Shown: positions 36,387-49,779, counted from the first letter of the whole stretch. The stretch is DNA of 62,362 nt, filler included, from Sphacelaria rigidula (GCA_964200075.2; 8 parts of 8 records of this genome joined end to end with filler, not necessarily neighbours in it); one strand, 5' to 3'. Translations and numbers: made by a program. The notes: generated from the letters alone by a model not told the origin.

Positions 36387-38171
36387 GTAAATTGGGGGGT
36401 AAAGAAAAAGAAAGGGGTTGATAAGAGATGTGCTCTGTGTGGGGAGACCCTGTCATATGCTTTGCGTGGATAACGTTGACCGGTAAGGATTTCTTGGTGT
36501 CATCTTACAATCCTCCACGTTCTGTGACAAAGTACCAACGTAATTGTCTTATTTGACACCTTTGGCACCAGAGGCCATAGATCGACCGTATATATATATA
36601 TATATATATATTGTTTCTTGTGTTGGTCATACTTTTAGACCCCATCCTTTTCCCTGTGAACGAGTCCGAAGTCTGAAGAGGTTAACTCATCGCTCCCGCA
36701 GTACTGTATCCGTGTGACAATTTTCAATCCAGCCTTCTTTTCTTTTTCTTCTCACTTTTACTTCCTTCCTCGGTACGAGTCCTTCGTCTCAAGCAATCGA
36801 CCCATCATCTCTTACCCGGTATACGCCTTCTTACCTGGATCATGACTATCAGCAGTACCGCCCTCACGGCGTCGACTCTCACCAAACAGACCCAGTCAAG
36901 CAGACTCTATTTCCTACTCACATCTTCATGTTCTCAACCATGGAGACTTAGATACTTCAAAGATAAAAGTCAAACTGAACGTGTCCGTCAGCAATCGAAC
37001 CCGCGTTTTCTCCGAAGTCATGTCGTCAGTTGTACCATTGAACCACCGGGGCGCTGTGGTGAACATTGGATCATGACTTATCAGCTCTTCCGGCCACAGC
37101 GCGTCGACTTCCGTTGGTTCTTGACGCACGTCCTACGCTTTCCACGGTGAAAACCAGTAAACATGGCCAATGACTATTGTCGAGTTTGAAGCTTACAACT
37201 ACTTCTACTCTGCTTAATTTGGCCAATCATCTGCGAGTCTGACCAGATGGATCGTCAATCAACTGAAACTGTGTAGAGGATGACTGCTTAAATTCAACGA
37301 TGTGCATGGATCAAAGAAATCCTGGGGACTGCAGAAATCACAGGACGTATGTTGTCAATTGAGATGGTCGTCGCAAACAGAGACGACTTCGCTAGCAGGT
37401 ATCATCTATGTTCGTCAGCCTTCAACGTGAGCAGCCCGTTGATATTGTTCCGAAAAGAGTTCCAACGCCCCCAAGATGGTACTTTTTTGTATCTTCTACA
37501 CGTCGGCATGGAGTATGACGTGATGTACAGGATGCTGAGGAGCTGATCCCCGCCCCACACCACCCTGTCCTGCCCGTGGGCCCTCTGCGCGCGCGCGCGT
37601 GTGTGTAATTGTGTGATCGTGTGATTCTGTCTGTGATAACTTTATTTTTTTATTTTTTTCAAGAGCAATGCTACGGTAGGGGTGCACTTTTTTCGCGAAT
37701 TTTTGTCTGGTTTAGGGGCTCCAAACGATTCTAGACGCACAAGAATATGGGTCAGGGCATCCCCGTTTGCAGATTTTTTCCGGATATCCCCACCCCAGCA
37801 CATTGGAATAGTTATCCTAGCATACTCTCGCGTATTTTCATAAGTCGTGTTTCGGATGAGGTAAAGGGCTCCCAACAATTCTGATGTAAAAAAATATTTG
37901 TGTACCGCTACCGTAGCATCACTCGGAAGGAGGAAACCTGGCCCGACACTCAACCTGCAATCGGGTTCGTGTACCGATTTCCCGAAGGCTCGGCTAGGCT
38001 GCCTGACGGCAGTCATGTGGGGTAGGCGCCTCGAGCGTTCGCAAAGCTATGCTCAAGGCAGTGTGGGGGTTCGACCCAATAAAACCCCGTGTCAACTTGG
38101 CGCAGTGCACTCGCCGCCCTACTCTTGAAGCAAATATATGTTTTTTTTTGCCCCGACGTCCACTACACCAG

Positions 38172-38327
38172 GTGATCCCCACGGCGAGGCGAGTGGCGTA
38201 TTCGGCGTTCCTAATGGCCACGCCACGGCTCATGGAGCCCGTGTTCCGTGTCGAGGTACAAGCACCCGCGGATGTGGTGGCGGCTATCTACCCTGCCCTG
38301 CAAAAGCGACGAGGGCACGTAGTGCAG
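38172..38327 (+). CDS. EFTUD2: Snu114 exon (gene truncated by contig ends on both sides)
   Basis: [52 protein letters not shown]. Confidence 0.95.
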
Positions 38328-41300
38328 GTGCGCTAACTCGGCACTACAGTAGATTCTTGTGGTTATGGTTTACGCTGTCGTCACTGATGCTGCTGTTGCC
38401 TTCGCTGCTGGTGTAATTACGATGATGATCATTATTATTTTATTATTATCATGAGTATCATGAGTATCATGAGTACTATCGGTACTTTCAGTATTATCGA
38501 TATATTTTATCACCATTTTATCGCGAAACAAACTGACAGCTAAGTTCAGCATAATTTTTTTTTTTCCTGTGTAGGGACGCTGAACAGAGTGGTGTTATGG
38601 GTGGAGCGGCTCAGAATAAAGAAGATAACGCCTTCATACATACGTTTGTCCTTCTATCCAGAGAGGGGCATATCTATCGTTTTTGGCACCGTACCCCCCC
38701 CCCCCTTCCCCTTCCCCGTCCGCATTATTTGACCTTGCAGATATTTTTTTGCATTTTGTTCAAATTCCACTATTGAAAACAATGTGAAGTCCTCTGCAAG
38801 CCGCTTATTGGCTGGAGGAGTTTTCTAACGTGCATAAGCAATTGCTTTGGTGAGCTGGCACTCCCCCCTCCGGAAGTGGCGATACCGCAGAATAAAGCAA
38901 CTCATTGTTGGCTGTTATCCAAATGCAAGATAATCAGTACGCNNNNNNNNNNNNNNNNNNNNNNNNNNNNNNNNNNNNNNNNNNNNTTAATTAATTAANN
39001 NNNNNNNNNNNNNNNNNNNNNNNNNNNNNNNNNNNNNNNNNNATTTCGTGGTATCGCCACTTCCGGAGACAGCCACGGCTTTTACACTGCCTCACGGGTG
39101 TCTAACCCTCTAACCGTCGGGCGGGGGGGGGGGAGGAGGGGGGTGCAAAGTGTTCCCTAGGCAAAGTATAGCGTTGGTAGACCTCATATCGGCGCCGCAG
39201 GCGCCGACTTTGACGAAACTACGTGATTCCGAAAAAATCATACCCTCCATATGAGGGAAATAAGAATCCACCAACCCCTTTTTTTATGACCGATCTTGCG
39301 TCGTGTTTTTTTAATTCGGGAGCACAGTTTTTTTTTTTTTAGACGATTACGGGTCTTTGCAAACAAAGTGAAGCCTGCACGTGTACCTTAGTGCAGGCAG
39401 TAGGCATATCCTCTGCATCTGCATGCACTAGCGTGTAGGTGCATCTGTATGTAGTCTTAAACCCTACAGTGAGGACGGTGTAGAACTAGAGAGATTGCCG
39501 ATAACAGCGCCGCCAGATGCGAGCCTGCCTCCTGTTATCAAGTGGTTGAATACTTCGTACTACTACTGCAGTGTGTGCAAAGGACAGGCTGTACTTGTAA
39601 CCGTTGATTCTCATGATCATCCTACGACAGGGAATATCCAGCTACTTTTTTCGCCTCATCATCGCTACATAAGCTAACTTGTCTGCGAACCCGCGTCAGT
39701 ACAAAGCATGCCAGCAGAATCACAAGCGGCCGGCCTGTAAGGGATGGGTTGTGCCATGGCATTACTGATAATGTTGAAAAAAAACAGGAAATGGTCGGCT
39801 CTTCTCTCTTCATCAGTTCCGGACAACGAAATAAGACAAGAGCACGTGATGACGAAAAAATAAAAACAAACCGAATCAGGCGTAGTTTGTTCGGTCAACT
39901 CCGGCGGCACAATTCGTGCCTCTAGTTAAATTAAAGTAGCACATCGTGTCACACAAGAACAAAAAGACAGAATGCGACAACGCTCCACGGCATAAGCAAA
40001 CAAGCAACCGTTTTTTGGTTCTCTAATGGTTGATGCGGATTCAAAAAGTCGGATGTACGACACAAGTTTTCGCAAATAGTGTGAAATTTCGCAAACGAAC
40101 CCTGACGGAAAATGTTTCTTCCTCAGGAGCGACATGCCCTGCGTCTCCGACTCTGAGCTCCGGCTGCTCCCCCTGCACACTGTCCTCGAGCAACTGTCGA
40201 TTGTAGTCATGCCGTACAACAGTATCAACGGAAATACCGTCCCGCTCCTCAACCGCGTGCGAGCCATGGCTGGAAGTGCTGCTGACAAAAACACACAGCA
40301 GATGAAAATAATGAGGGTAAAAAGGTACAAGCCGTTCAGATAAACAAGACGAGACGACAGTTGGTTCACTATCAGAACCAGATGGACGAGCACATCATCG
40401 GATTGATTCGTTGATTCGTTGATTCGTTGATTCGTTGATTCGTTGTTCGCACATGAATTGATGCGCAACGAATAAGGTCAGCATTATGTTGCTCGCTCTC
40501 AAGATCAAAACTTGCTCGAGGCTAATTAGATGGACCGAAGAACAATTGCCGAAATGAGCTCGACGAGATAAACGAAATTAAAAAAGGAACAACGAGCAGC
40601 ACAAGCTGCTCGACATGGACGCCAGGCGGAAAGAAGTAGTAGCTGTTCCGGAAGCGACAAACGATACGCCCCCGCCAGGGACTGTGAATATAAGCGTCTA
40701 GTTTACCGTCGTTGGGCTACTAATGTCTATGGTTGACACAATTTTACAAGTACCGCTACCCCTAACCCGAACCCCAATCCAACGCATACCGAAAACCCTT
40801 GGGCAAGGGCAGTACATAGCATTCCCTAGGCAAAAGTGCAGCCTTGGTAGACCTCAAATCGGCGCCTGTGGCGCTGATATCAACGAAAATGTATTCTGCG
40901 AACGCGAGGAGCACACGGGACTGTCAGCCCTTGTGAAGATCCGATTCTCGTTGCACACATTCAAATCAATTAATGTGTCAACCACGAACATTTCTAGCCC
41001 AACGCCGTTTAACTCTACTGGAATACAATGGCAGTGCAGAAGTGTTCCTGTTGTAACCCTGTGATCCGCGCGCGAAGGCAACGGGAGTTTCGCACAGCCC
41101 GTCTTAACAGCCAACTCCCGTCGCCTTAAATAATAACCTTACTCTCCCCCGCGGAACAACCAAAAGTTTGTTCGACGAGAGTCGAGGTGGGGGATTGTTG
41201 ATCATGATACAATCCGCGACACCAAACCGCAAGGCTTCATCGAGAGAGACGTGGGTTGATCGCTCAAGATCACGGACTCGTTCCGAGGAGGGGAAGCGTA

Positions 41301-41865
41301 GGGGGGTTGTTCGAGTGAAGGGTTGTCATGAATCAACAGCAGCATAATATGTAAGCGTTCAGTTTATACTTCCATGATCCCGACAGGCATCGTCGTCCGT
41401 GCGTTACTGGCCAAAACGGTAGATAACAGCCCCCTACCGCATTCGGGGAAGGGTTCAAATGGTTTCATCCCGGGGGGTGATTGGTTGTTGTGCCGTTTGC
41501 GCGCGCGCGTCCAACCGTCCTGCGGTGTATCGTTAACTTTGCAGGGGTCTCGTTTGTTTGGGGTGAGAATCACCGACGGCGGAGTCTTGAGTCTCCACGC
41601 CGTCGAAAATAGGTGAAAATACGCGTTCGTCAGCGCTGCGCCTGCAATATATATATATGTACATGTATCATATCACGTTTCTCACCCCTTTTGCCGAGTT
41701 TTCTCTGGCAGCAAGGCATTTTATCTCGCGCGTTTTTTTGCAGCGCACGAAGAAGGCGCAGCGCTACATTACCGTTCAGGTTTGGGTGTCATCTGATACC
41801 TGTGGCGCGTGTTCTGGCCACCGAAAGTCGCTGAAACTGGCTCGTTTTCGCGGGGTGTCGATCTC

Positions 41866-42479
41866 GAACCACAAAAGCCTTCTCAAGATCGTGGAAAACT
41901 TTAAACAAGAACCCGAACCATAAAAGCCTGTTGAAGATCATGAATAAATTCGTTCGAACAGGATATCGTTTGGCGGGGTATATTTTCACCGTGATTTTCT
42001 TGGCGTTCTCGTTGACTTGGGAGCACGAAGACAGCGTTTATGCAGCGAATGTCACGAGAACATGAGAGCAAAGCAGTGAAAACAATTTAACAGTGTCTTG
42101 GCCTTCGTCAGCAGCAAACACAAGTCGATTGATCTGAGATCCCTTATTATTTAGTTTTGACGTGAAGCCTCTAACACAGTCGTCTCTGCGTAATGTGGGT
42201 CCCAGTTATTCGAACGCAACAGTCCACAAAAGCCTGATGAAGACCATGAATAAGTTGAAACGGGATAACTTCTGGCGGGGTACTTCTTCTCCCGTGTTTT
42301 TTATGTGTCGCGTCCTCGTTCATTTGGGAGGACGAAGACACCGATCATGCCTCCAATGTCACGAGAACGTGAGAGCAAAGCAGTTTAAAATAATCGAACA
42401 TTGCCTTGGCCTTAGTCAGCAGCAAACACAAGTCGCATGATCTGAGATCTTACATTCTGTAGTTTTGACGTGAAGCTTC
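41866..42479 (+). repeat. Degenerate tandem repeat, unit about 307 bp
   Basis: AAAAGCCTG.TGAAGA.CATGAATAA and AGTTTTGACGTGAAGC recur about 307 bp apart. Confidence 0.8.
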
Positions 42480-43556
42480 CACACGAAGGACAGCTCATGA
42501 ACTAGCTCATCTGCGGGCGGTAGCTCACGTGTAGTCAAACATATACATGTGAGCTACATCCCATAGCTCAACACAGGGTAAACGTGCGCTGATGAGCTAC
42601 GAGTTGGTAGCTCACCTAAGATAAACATAGCTCATGCAGCTCTCATAGCTCACCCAGGGCAGACATGGGCAGCTCATGTAGCTCTCACAGCTCACCCAGG
42701 GGAAACATATGCGGATGAGCTACACTCGATAGCTCACCCAAGGCAAACATGTGTAGCTCATGCAGCTCTTGTAGCTCACCCAGGGAAAACATGGACGGAT
42801 GAGCTACACCCGGTAGCTCACCCCAGGGACACATGGTCGTGGCTCACTGACGTCATAAGCCTAGCTCGCCGCTGGCCAACCCCGTGTCGCTTATGATGCA
42901 ACATTCTTCTTCGAACGGATGGTGCCACATATCATCAGGTTGTGATGTTTTGCCTCACTCTTCGCGATAGGAAGAAGAGAAGCCAACACATATTCTCGTT
43001 CGCTTGGTCGGACGCTTAAAAAAAGTATGAATATCCAGTGTATACAATAATCGACCGATTTGTTTCTTTTGATCGGTTGGCCGCGAGGGTACAAGTTCAT
43101 CTCGCCATGCATACGTTCTTCAAGTGAAATTGAAGCCGATTGATGCTCGCCGTCAAGGGGTTAGCCCTTTCATCGCGAGGGCTGGCGATCTGATAAATCA
43201 GCACAACTCACTTTATTCTTCGGGTGTGAATGATGCCGATTCCGAGACCTCCTACCCTCGCGGTCAAAGGGATAAGCAATCGTAGCTCTCATAGCTCATC
43301 CAGGGCAAACATGTGTAGCTCATGCATCTCCCATAGCTCATCCGCGGCAAACATGCGTAGCTCATGCAGCTCTCATAGCTCACCCAGGACGAATATGAGC
43401 TGATGAGCTACGGTTGGTAGCTCACGTACGGTAAACATACGTGGCTCATACAGCTCTCATAGCTCACCCCGGGAAAAACGTGCGTAGCTCATGTAGCTTT
43501 CATAGCTCACTGGGGAGCTAGCTCGAGCTATAAGGAACTAATATGTTCGACGTGCG
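42480..43556. mobile_element. Non-autonomous TIR element with AGCTCA subterminal arrays and 8-bp TSD GAAGCTTC
   Basis: GAAGCTTC at 42472-42479 and 43557-43564. The left end CACACG..GGACAGCTCATG matches the TIR of the 51238-51932 element. (T/C)AGCTCACCC recurs every 42 bp. Confidence 0.8.
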
Positions 43557-44092
43557 GAAGCTTCTACAGTAACACCGTCATAACTGATTGGTAAAGTGGG
43601 TCCCAGTTATGTGAACCCAAGAGTCCTTATCCTTATACATGAAACAAAACCCACGGGTCCTGTCCATAGGAAACTTTCAACCATGAGGAAAGTTCCTGGG
43701 GTGTCGGCTAGACTGCTGCAGGAGGTTTCGTTGAACTGTCTGTATATTTTGGGCGCCACGGAGCAATGATTACGCTCCAAGCTCAAAGCCAACACACACG
43801 ATGCGATCAAGCTCACAGAATGTGAGCTTGATTGTACACCTCACGACGATAACTGTAAACAGGTGACCTAGACGTAATCCTGCATGCAGGGCTTCACCAT
43901 CTGTAGATGGATGAGCAATATGAACTGCTACAGATCCATCAAATGCTCTTCACGTAGACAATGTATGTGCGAAGCACTGGGATGTCCACTGTCAGCTCTC
44001 GTGAGCACTGTCCTGTCCTTTACGCCACGTCATAGCTTGATCGATAGAGCACTCTGCTGTATCAGAGAGGCGAGAGTACATTATCACTTCTG

Positions 44093-44199
44093 TCAGGCCT
44101 TGTTGGCTTTGAGGAAAAGGGGCGTTGTGCACCCCGTGCGGGGGCAGAGGAAGTCGAGGTTGCGGTCCTCCGGGATGTCGTCGTCCGCAAAAGTGTTGT
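44093..44199 (-). CDS. Possible terminal exon of an unidentified gene
   Basis: Acceptor AAACAG, then GC3-rich codons NTFADDDIPEDRNLDFLCPRTGCTTPLFLKANKA and a stop; no upstream exons identified. Confidence 0.4.
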
Positions 44200-46677
44200 C
44201 TGTTTGTGGTTCGATGTTCCCTCCCTCTATTTATTTTTGAGTCATGTCTCATTAATGGATGCGTCCCCTTTGGTTGGTCCCTGGCTCCATTTTTGTGGTA
44301 CTAACTGCGCCTGCATCACATGCTTTGGTTCACTCTTCCCTCGCTCTGCCTCGCTCCGCGCCAGAATTGGCATCAACCTCTTGCCGTCTCTTATAGTCTT
44401 CCCTCGGCGATGACCAACAATAATAGATTATATATATAATAATAATTAATTAATTAATTAATTAATTAATTGGATGGATGGTTGGTCACGTGATTTATTT
44501 TTTTGAGCAAGGGAAAGACAATATATCCGCCGGGAACTTCGGAATTAGCCAATGAAATTGAAGAAGGAGTTTGATTGCTACAATGCATTGCCCGACGGGT
44601 TTTCGACGACCCAAATGCACACACATCTATACATGTTAATCGGGGCCAAAATATATAGCAAATTTTTGCAAAGAGTGTCTAAGATCTTCCTGACGGAGAA
44701 TCGCACAAGCCAATGTGATGGGAATGATCCGCCCAGTCGATCGGCGAAGAAGCGAATGGGCCACGCGGTCGGTTGGAAAAAGAAGCGCATAAGGCCATCT
44801 GCACTCATGACATGCACACCTCCCTGATATATTGCATCGCCGGTACGGTCTGTTCATCATCCATTTTCACGCCAAAACTGTGACAATGCAACACAGATGG
44901 CCCGCCCTGGGGGTGCCCGTCTGTATAGGTCGGGACAAAGCCGATCGAAAACGCACAGTAAAGCACAACAGTGCAATGCTTCACATTACAGTACAGTGTT
45001 GTCTTCTCTCTCCCACCCGTTGCGTTCGTCCCGTTCGCCTACGGGTATCACCAAGGATCCGACTTAACGAAACTCTCCGACACCGTCATTCCTTCCTGCC
45101 TCCAGATGCAAAAAAAGTCCTTGGGCTCCGGTACGACTTCATTTTTGAAGTAAACAGTTCGCCCATAACAAACACAACTGACCCATCATGCTGCTGTCTG
45201 TGAAAATAGACAAAGCCGAAGTGCACCGTACAGCACAGTCCAACCAGTACAGTGCACCGCAGTACAGTCCAATGTTATCTTCTCTGTGCCCCCCGCCGCA
45301 TTCCTCCCGTCTCCTGTGGGTATCGTCGAGTATCGGAATACTCCTTTGGAGATCGTCACTCTTCCCGCCCGCTGTAAAAGTGACGCTTCATCGCCAGGAT
45401 GATGTCTTGCGTTCATTTTCAAGTCAAAATCTCAGGAGACGGTCGCCTCTTCCCACAAATAACCGGCTTTAAAGTTGAACCATCCGACCCCTTGTTTGGG
45501 TCATCTGGGTTTTGCACTCATTTTCCAAGTGAAAAGTATGCCGATACGACATATGCCCGACCCTGGGTTAAGTGGAGGGTGAGAGACATTTGTCGGTGTA
45601 TTCCCAATGTACAAGCCCAAGTCGCAGCGGACGGAGGCTGTAGACGCGGTACGGCGAACAGGGCGGTACCAAGACAATCAACACCACAGACGAAGAGGAG
45701 AGCACCATTCGGTCACCACGATGTTGTCTGCTCCAGTACACGCAATACTTTTCACCCTGGGTTCCTTGTGCGGCTGTCTACACAAGCGGCCGGGCTTTCC
45801 TCAACAGAAAATGTCTGAGGGTATCATATTTGCACATGCGTAAGCACCGAAGTAAAGCTACTCCGCGATCGATGCAGATCTGCCCCCCGACGTTTCCTTC
45901 CGAGCCCCTTCTGGCTGTGATTATTTTTCACTCGAACTTATTTGGGACGGTGCGTTGCTCAGGCCATCCTCCATCGATATATAAGTTCAATCCAGGCGGT
46001 TCTCCACGGTTACGTGTGCGATTCGAGTGCCGATTGTTGCGTTGGGTGCGCACAACCCCCAATGCATTGCACTTCAGCCTTCATTTCAGGGCACTTCCCG
46101 CGGTCAGATCAGTAAGCCGAAAATTATATTCAAATTATATGTTTTTTTTAGGTTTAGGGTGTGCGCCTTTAAAGCTGGAGGATAAAGCACACGCCATGGG
46201 CTGCGTGTGGAGTGTCAGCAACAGGATGTAGGGTGTGAACAGGGGTGGGTGTTGCCTGCGCGCGCGATCAACCCGTCAAGAGATTGGATTGTAAAAGCAA
46301 GTGTATTTGGGCGGAGCATCCCAGGACATAAAAGGAAAAGGGGATTTTTTGTCTGTAGCCGTTGTGATTTCCTCGAACAGCCCATTCACGTTGTTTGCGC
46401 CGATTAGCATGTCTAACATTAGTGACAATGCAACTTATCCAACACATGTCCGAATACCTTCATGATCCAATTCCGAATTCCGGGGGAATGACTCTGGACG
46501 CTTCAATCTCGGCTGGAGCTGGTTTCGAACAGATATGGACTGGTGGCTGTCCCAACCAAACGTACAAAAGCGTTCAACATTGCCTTCAGCTCATGTCGCA
46601 TCCTTACGCATATGCCACACATGTCGACATTATCGCCGCCCAACAACTGTACAACCTTCACATCCGTGTTACTCAAG

Positions 46678-46714
<37 letters not shown>

Positions 46715-46873
46715 CTTCACATTAAAAGCCGTTCCGATATCTGCGCGGTNNNNNNNNNNNNNNNNNNNNNNNNNNNNNNNNNNNNNNNNNNNNTTAATTA
46801 ATTAANNNNNNNNNNNNNNNNNNNNNNNNNNNNNNNNNNNNNNNNNNNNGGGACCACGTGGGGAGCCCTGTTG

Positions 46874-47163
46874 AAAAGTCCAGTCAAATCAGGGTTCCCC
46901 ACGTTATCCCTCACCGTAGTACTAGCTTGGCTTAACTTTGGACGACTTTTGACGCGAAACGTGAACGTAACGAGTGTAACGTGTAGACCCTTGAAAACTT
47001 CTGCGTCGTCGGTGCACGTGAAGAAGGTATCGGTCCTGAGGGAACTCCATTCGTCTTGGGGTCAAGACGTGCTTCTTCCGAGCATCATATTTTGGTTTCG
47101 TCTCGAGAGTCACCGTACCTACACGGGGTGCAACCGGGTGCAAGTTTCAGAAGGTATGGCTGC
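46874..47163 (-). mobile_element. 5S rRNA-derived element with a large internal insertion (SINE3-like or pseudogene)
   Basis: 5' part GCAGCCATACC..GAAA..GCACCCG; 3' part AAGTTAAGC..TAGTACTACGGTGAGGGATAACGTGGGGAACCCTG...CTTTT resembles the 5S internal control region. Confidence 0.5.
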
Positions 47164-48053
47164 TCGACCGATCGATTGATTGATTGGCTAGCTGAGTGAT
47201 TGGCTGGTTGGTTGGTTGAACGTAGCACTTCTGCTGGTCCGCTGCGAACTCAGCTGCGGCCAGTGACAAGATAGATGTGTTGTACCCGAGGCCAATAAAC
47301 GGAGATGTATATGCATGCTATGGGACACCTCAAGAAAGGGAACAGGTGAACAAAATAGGACACGAGAACCAGGAGAAGAGACAAAAAAAGCGACCATTCA
47401 CACCAGAATAAAGAAAAGGAAAAGGAAAAGAACAGGGAGAGTAATGCGTCATGCAGAGCTAGGTGCCTGTGCTCCCGAGCGAAGGCGGGAAAGCACGATG
47501 ACACCCAAAAACAAGTAGATCGCAGTAGCGAGTGCAATACTGCGCTACAACATGCACCATTTTTCTCTAGTTGTTCGTCGCCAAAAGTTCAGCACTACGT
47601 GAAGGCGATGCGTCTACAGCCCGGGCTTAGTGTCATCGTATCATCCGTCTCTCCCACAACCGGTCGACTGCCATATGATACTCTATTGCCAACCGACTCT
47701 CATCCCCTCACGTCTTTTCGAACAACGAAAACCCGACAGACAACAGTGTCAGAAGTGCTGTCAGGGTTTGAGACAAACAAGCCGGTGTTGAGAATACCAC
47801 TCCCACCCCGGGGGGGGGGGGGCTACCGTGCGCTAAGAGGTGTACACCCTAGACAAAAGATTATATTGTCAAAAAAAATACTGCGTACAGTATGGAATGC
47901 ATCGTCTGTTGCAATAGGCGCAATAGTCGATACCGTACCCATTAAACGTTTTTACTATATTCTATTGTCCAGGGTATGAAGAGCTGCAGAGAGGTGTTCC
48001 GGTGGTGGACATGAGAGGAAATTACGCCGCTGTGCTTGCTGTACTCCTCTTAC

Positions 48054-48240
48054 CTGTGCTCTCGGGGCACGATAATACCCGCCACGAAAGCCCCGAAGAT
48101 AGCGTCTATGCCGATGAAGTCCGTGACCCACGCCGACACGAGCGTGAGCAAGAAGCACACGATGGCCACGGTACGCGGCGGCGGGCCCACTTTTTCTCCC
48201 CCAATCTGCCTCACGACACGCAACAGTGCTGTCCGCACCA
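48054..48240 (-). CDS. CPA2 cation/H+ antiporter (KHA1/CHX-like) exon
   Basis: VVRTALLRV...LLTLVSAWVTDFIGIDAIFGAFVAGIIVPREHR; CAG acceptor, GTAAGA donor. Confidence 0.9.
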
Positions 48241-48849
48241 CTGTTTGTCGGGATGTAAAAGAAGTGATGAAAATAAGAAAGGAAGGGACAATGGTCATTG
48301 GCGAGAGAGGTGGGGTGGGGGGTGGGGGTGCTTTGACACATGCTCGCCGTAACGTAAAAGAGCTTGTCTGGGTGCGGAACACTGGACCGGACCGTAAAAA
48401 TCATAATCAACCGCAGCATCAAGATCAACAGCAGCAGCAGCAGCAGCAGCAGCACAATTTACACAGTCCGAATAAAGGTGAGACCTTTGCCTCATCACGA
48501 AATCTTAAGCCGCGATACACATGAAATCATATTCTGATTTGTCTCTCCTGAGGAGATGGACGTTTAGGAGAAAATTCTTCAAGTGTAGCTCCGCAACCTC
48601 CCGAACAGAGAACACAACAGCTCTCACTCGTTTCAAGAAAGAAGCAATCAAGACGGGAACACACGGCCAATCGCACAGGATGATCCTCGGAACTTAAGTG
48701 ACAACACTGACACCACACGGGCCAGGCTTCGACTTCTTGCGACAAGCCTTTGTATTTATTCCACGTGTGTATATATATGTATATATTGATTGCCGCACAT
48801 CAACTGGTTCCTGAGGGACCCAACTGTGGTCACAAGATATTGTCCTGAT

Positions 48850-49483
48850 CGTTATCATTACAGTATAATTATCATCAATAAATTTCACCAGCATCATTTT
48901 TATAATTGTCATTGTCATTATCATTATTATTATCATTATCGTTATCGTCATCACTATCACTATCATTATCATTATCATCATTCTCGTGATCGCCATCGTT
49001 ATCGTTATCGTTATCGTTATCATTATTATCGCTACCATTATCGTTATCATTATCATCATTATCGTCACCATTATCACTATCATTATCACTACAATTGTCA
49101 TCATCATTCTCGTGATCGCCATCGTTATCGTTATCGTTATCGTTATCGTTATTATCGCTACCATTATCGTTATCATTATCATCATTATCGTCACCATTAT
49201 CACTATCATTATCACTACAATTATCATCATCATTCTCGTGATCGCCATCGTTATCGTTACCATTATTATCGCTACCATTATCGTTATCATCATCATCACT
49301 ATCGTCACCATTATCATCATCATCATCATCATCATCATCGTTATCATCTGAATCCTCATTATCATTACCACCATTGTTATTATTATCATCGTCATTATCA
49401 TTACCATTATATTATCACCATCATCATCATCATTATCATTATCATCATCATCATTATCATTATCATCATCATCATTATCATCA
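48850..49483 (+). repeat. Intronic (ATC/TAT)n low-complexity tract with a 126-bp higher-order repeat
   Basis: TTCTCGTGATCGCCATCG at 48981, 49107 and 49233. Confidence 0.9.
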
Positions 49484-49571
49484 CTCCCGCCCATTAGCTC
49501 GACCTCTCGAAGAAGTGGTCACAGACGTAGGCTCACCTTTCTAGTACAACACATGAAAATATGTTACTCAC

Positions 49572-49779
49572 CTGTCAGCATGATAGCCACGAACACCATC
49601 AGCAAAAGGAAAACATAAAACGCATCCAACGGGCTTCCCGCGTTGACCGTTGACACCACCAGGGCCAACAGGCACCATACGCAGGCTTCGTCCACGGATG
49701 CGGCGGATATGACCAGCGCGCCAACCGAGGTGTTAAGAAGGTGGTTCTCCGTCAAGATGCGAGATAACACAGGAAACGC
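49572..49779 (-). CDS. CPA2 cation/H+ antiporter exon
   Basis: AFPVLSRILTENHLLNTSVGALVISAASVDEACVWCLLALVV...; contains the TAFPVLxRIL family motif; CAG acceptor, GTGAGT donor. Confidence 0.92.

Noticed and set aside
28400..38327. Single gene joining the coiled-coil exons to EFTUD2
   Set aside because: Separated by an artificial spacer, and the upstream exons do not resemble Snu114.
40105..40282. Minus-strand exon
   Set aside because: Two open frames follow a good acceptor, but there is no recognisable product or partner exon.
48694..49497. His/Tyr-rich, Ile-rich and Met-rich ORFs
   Set aside because: Translations of a trinucleotide tract lying in an antiporter intron.
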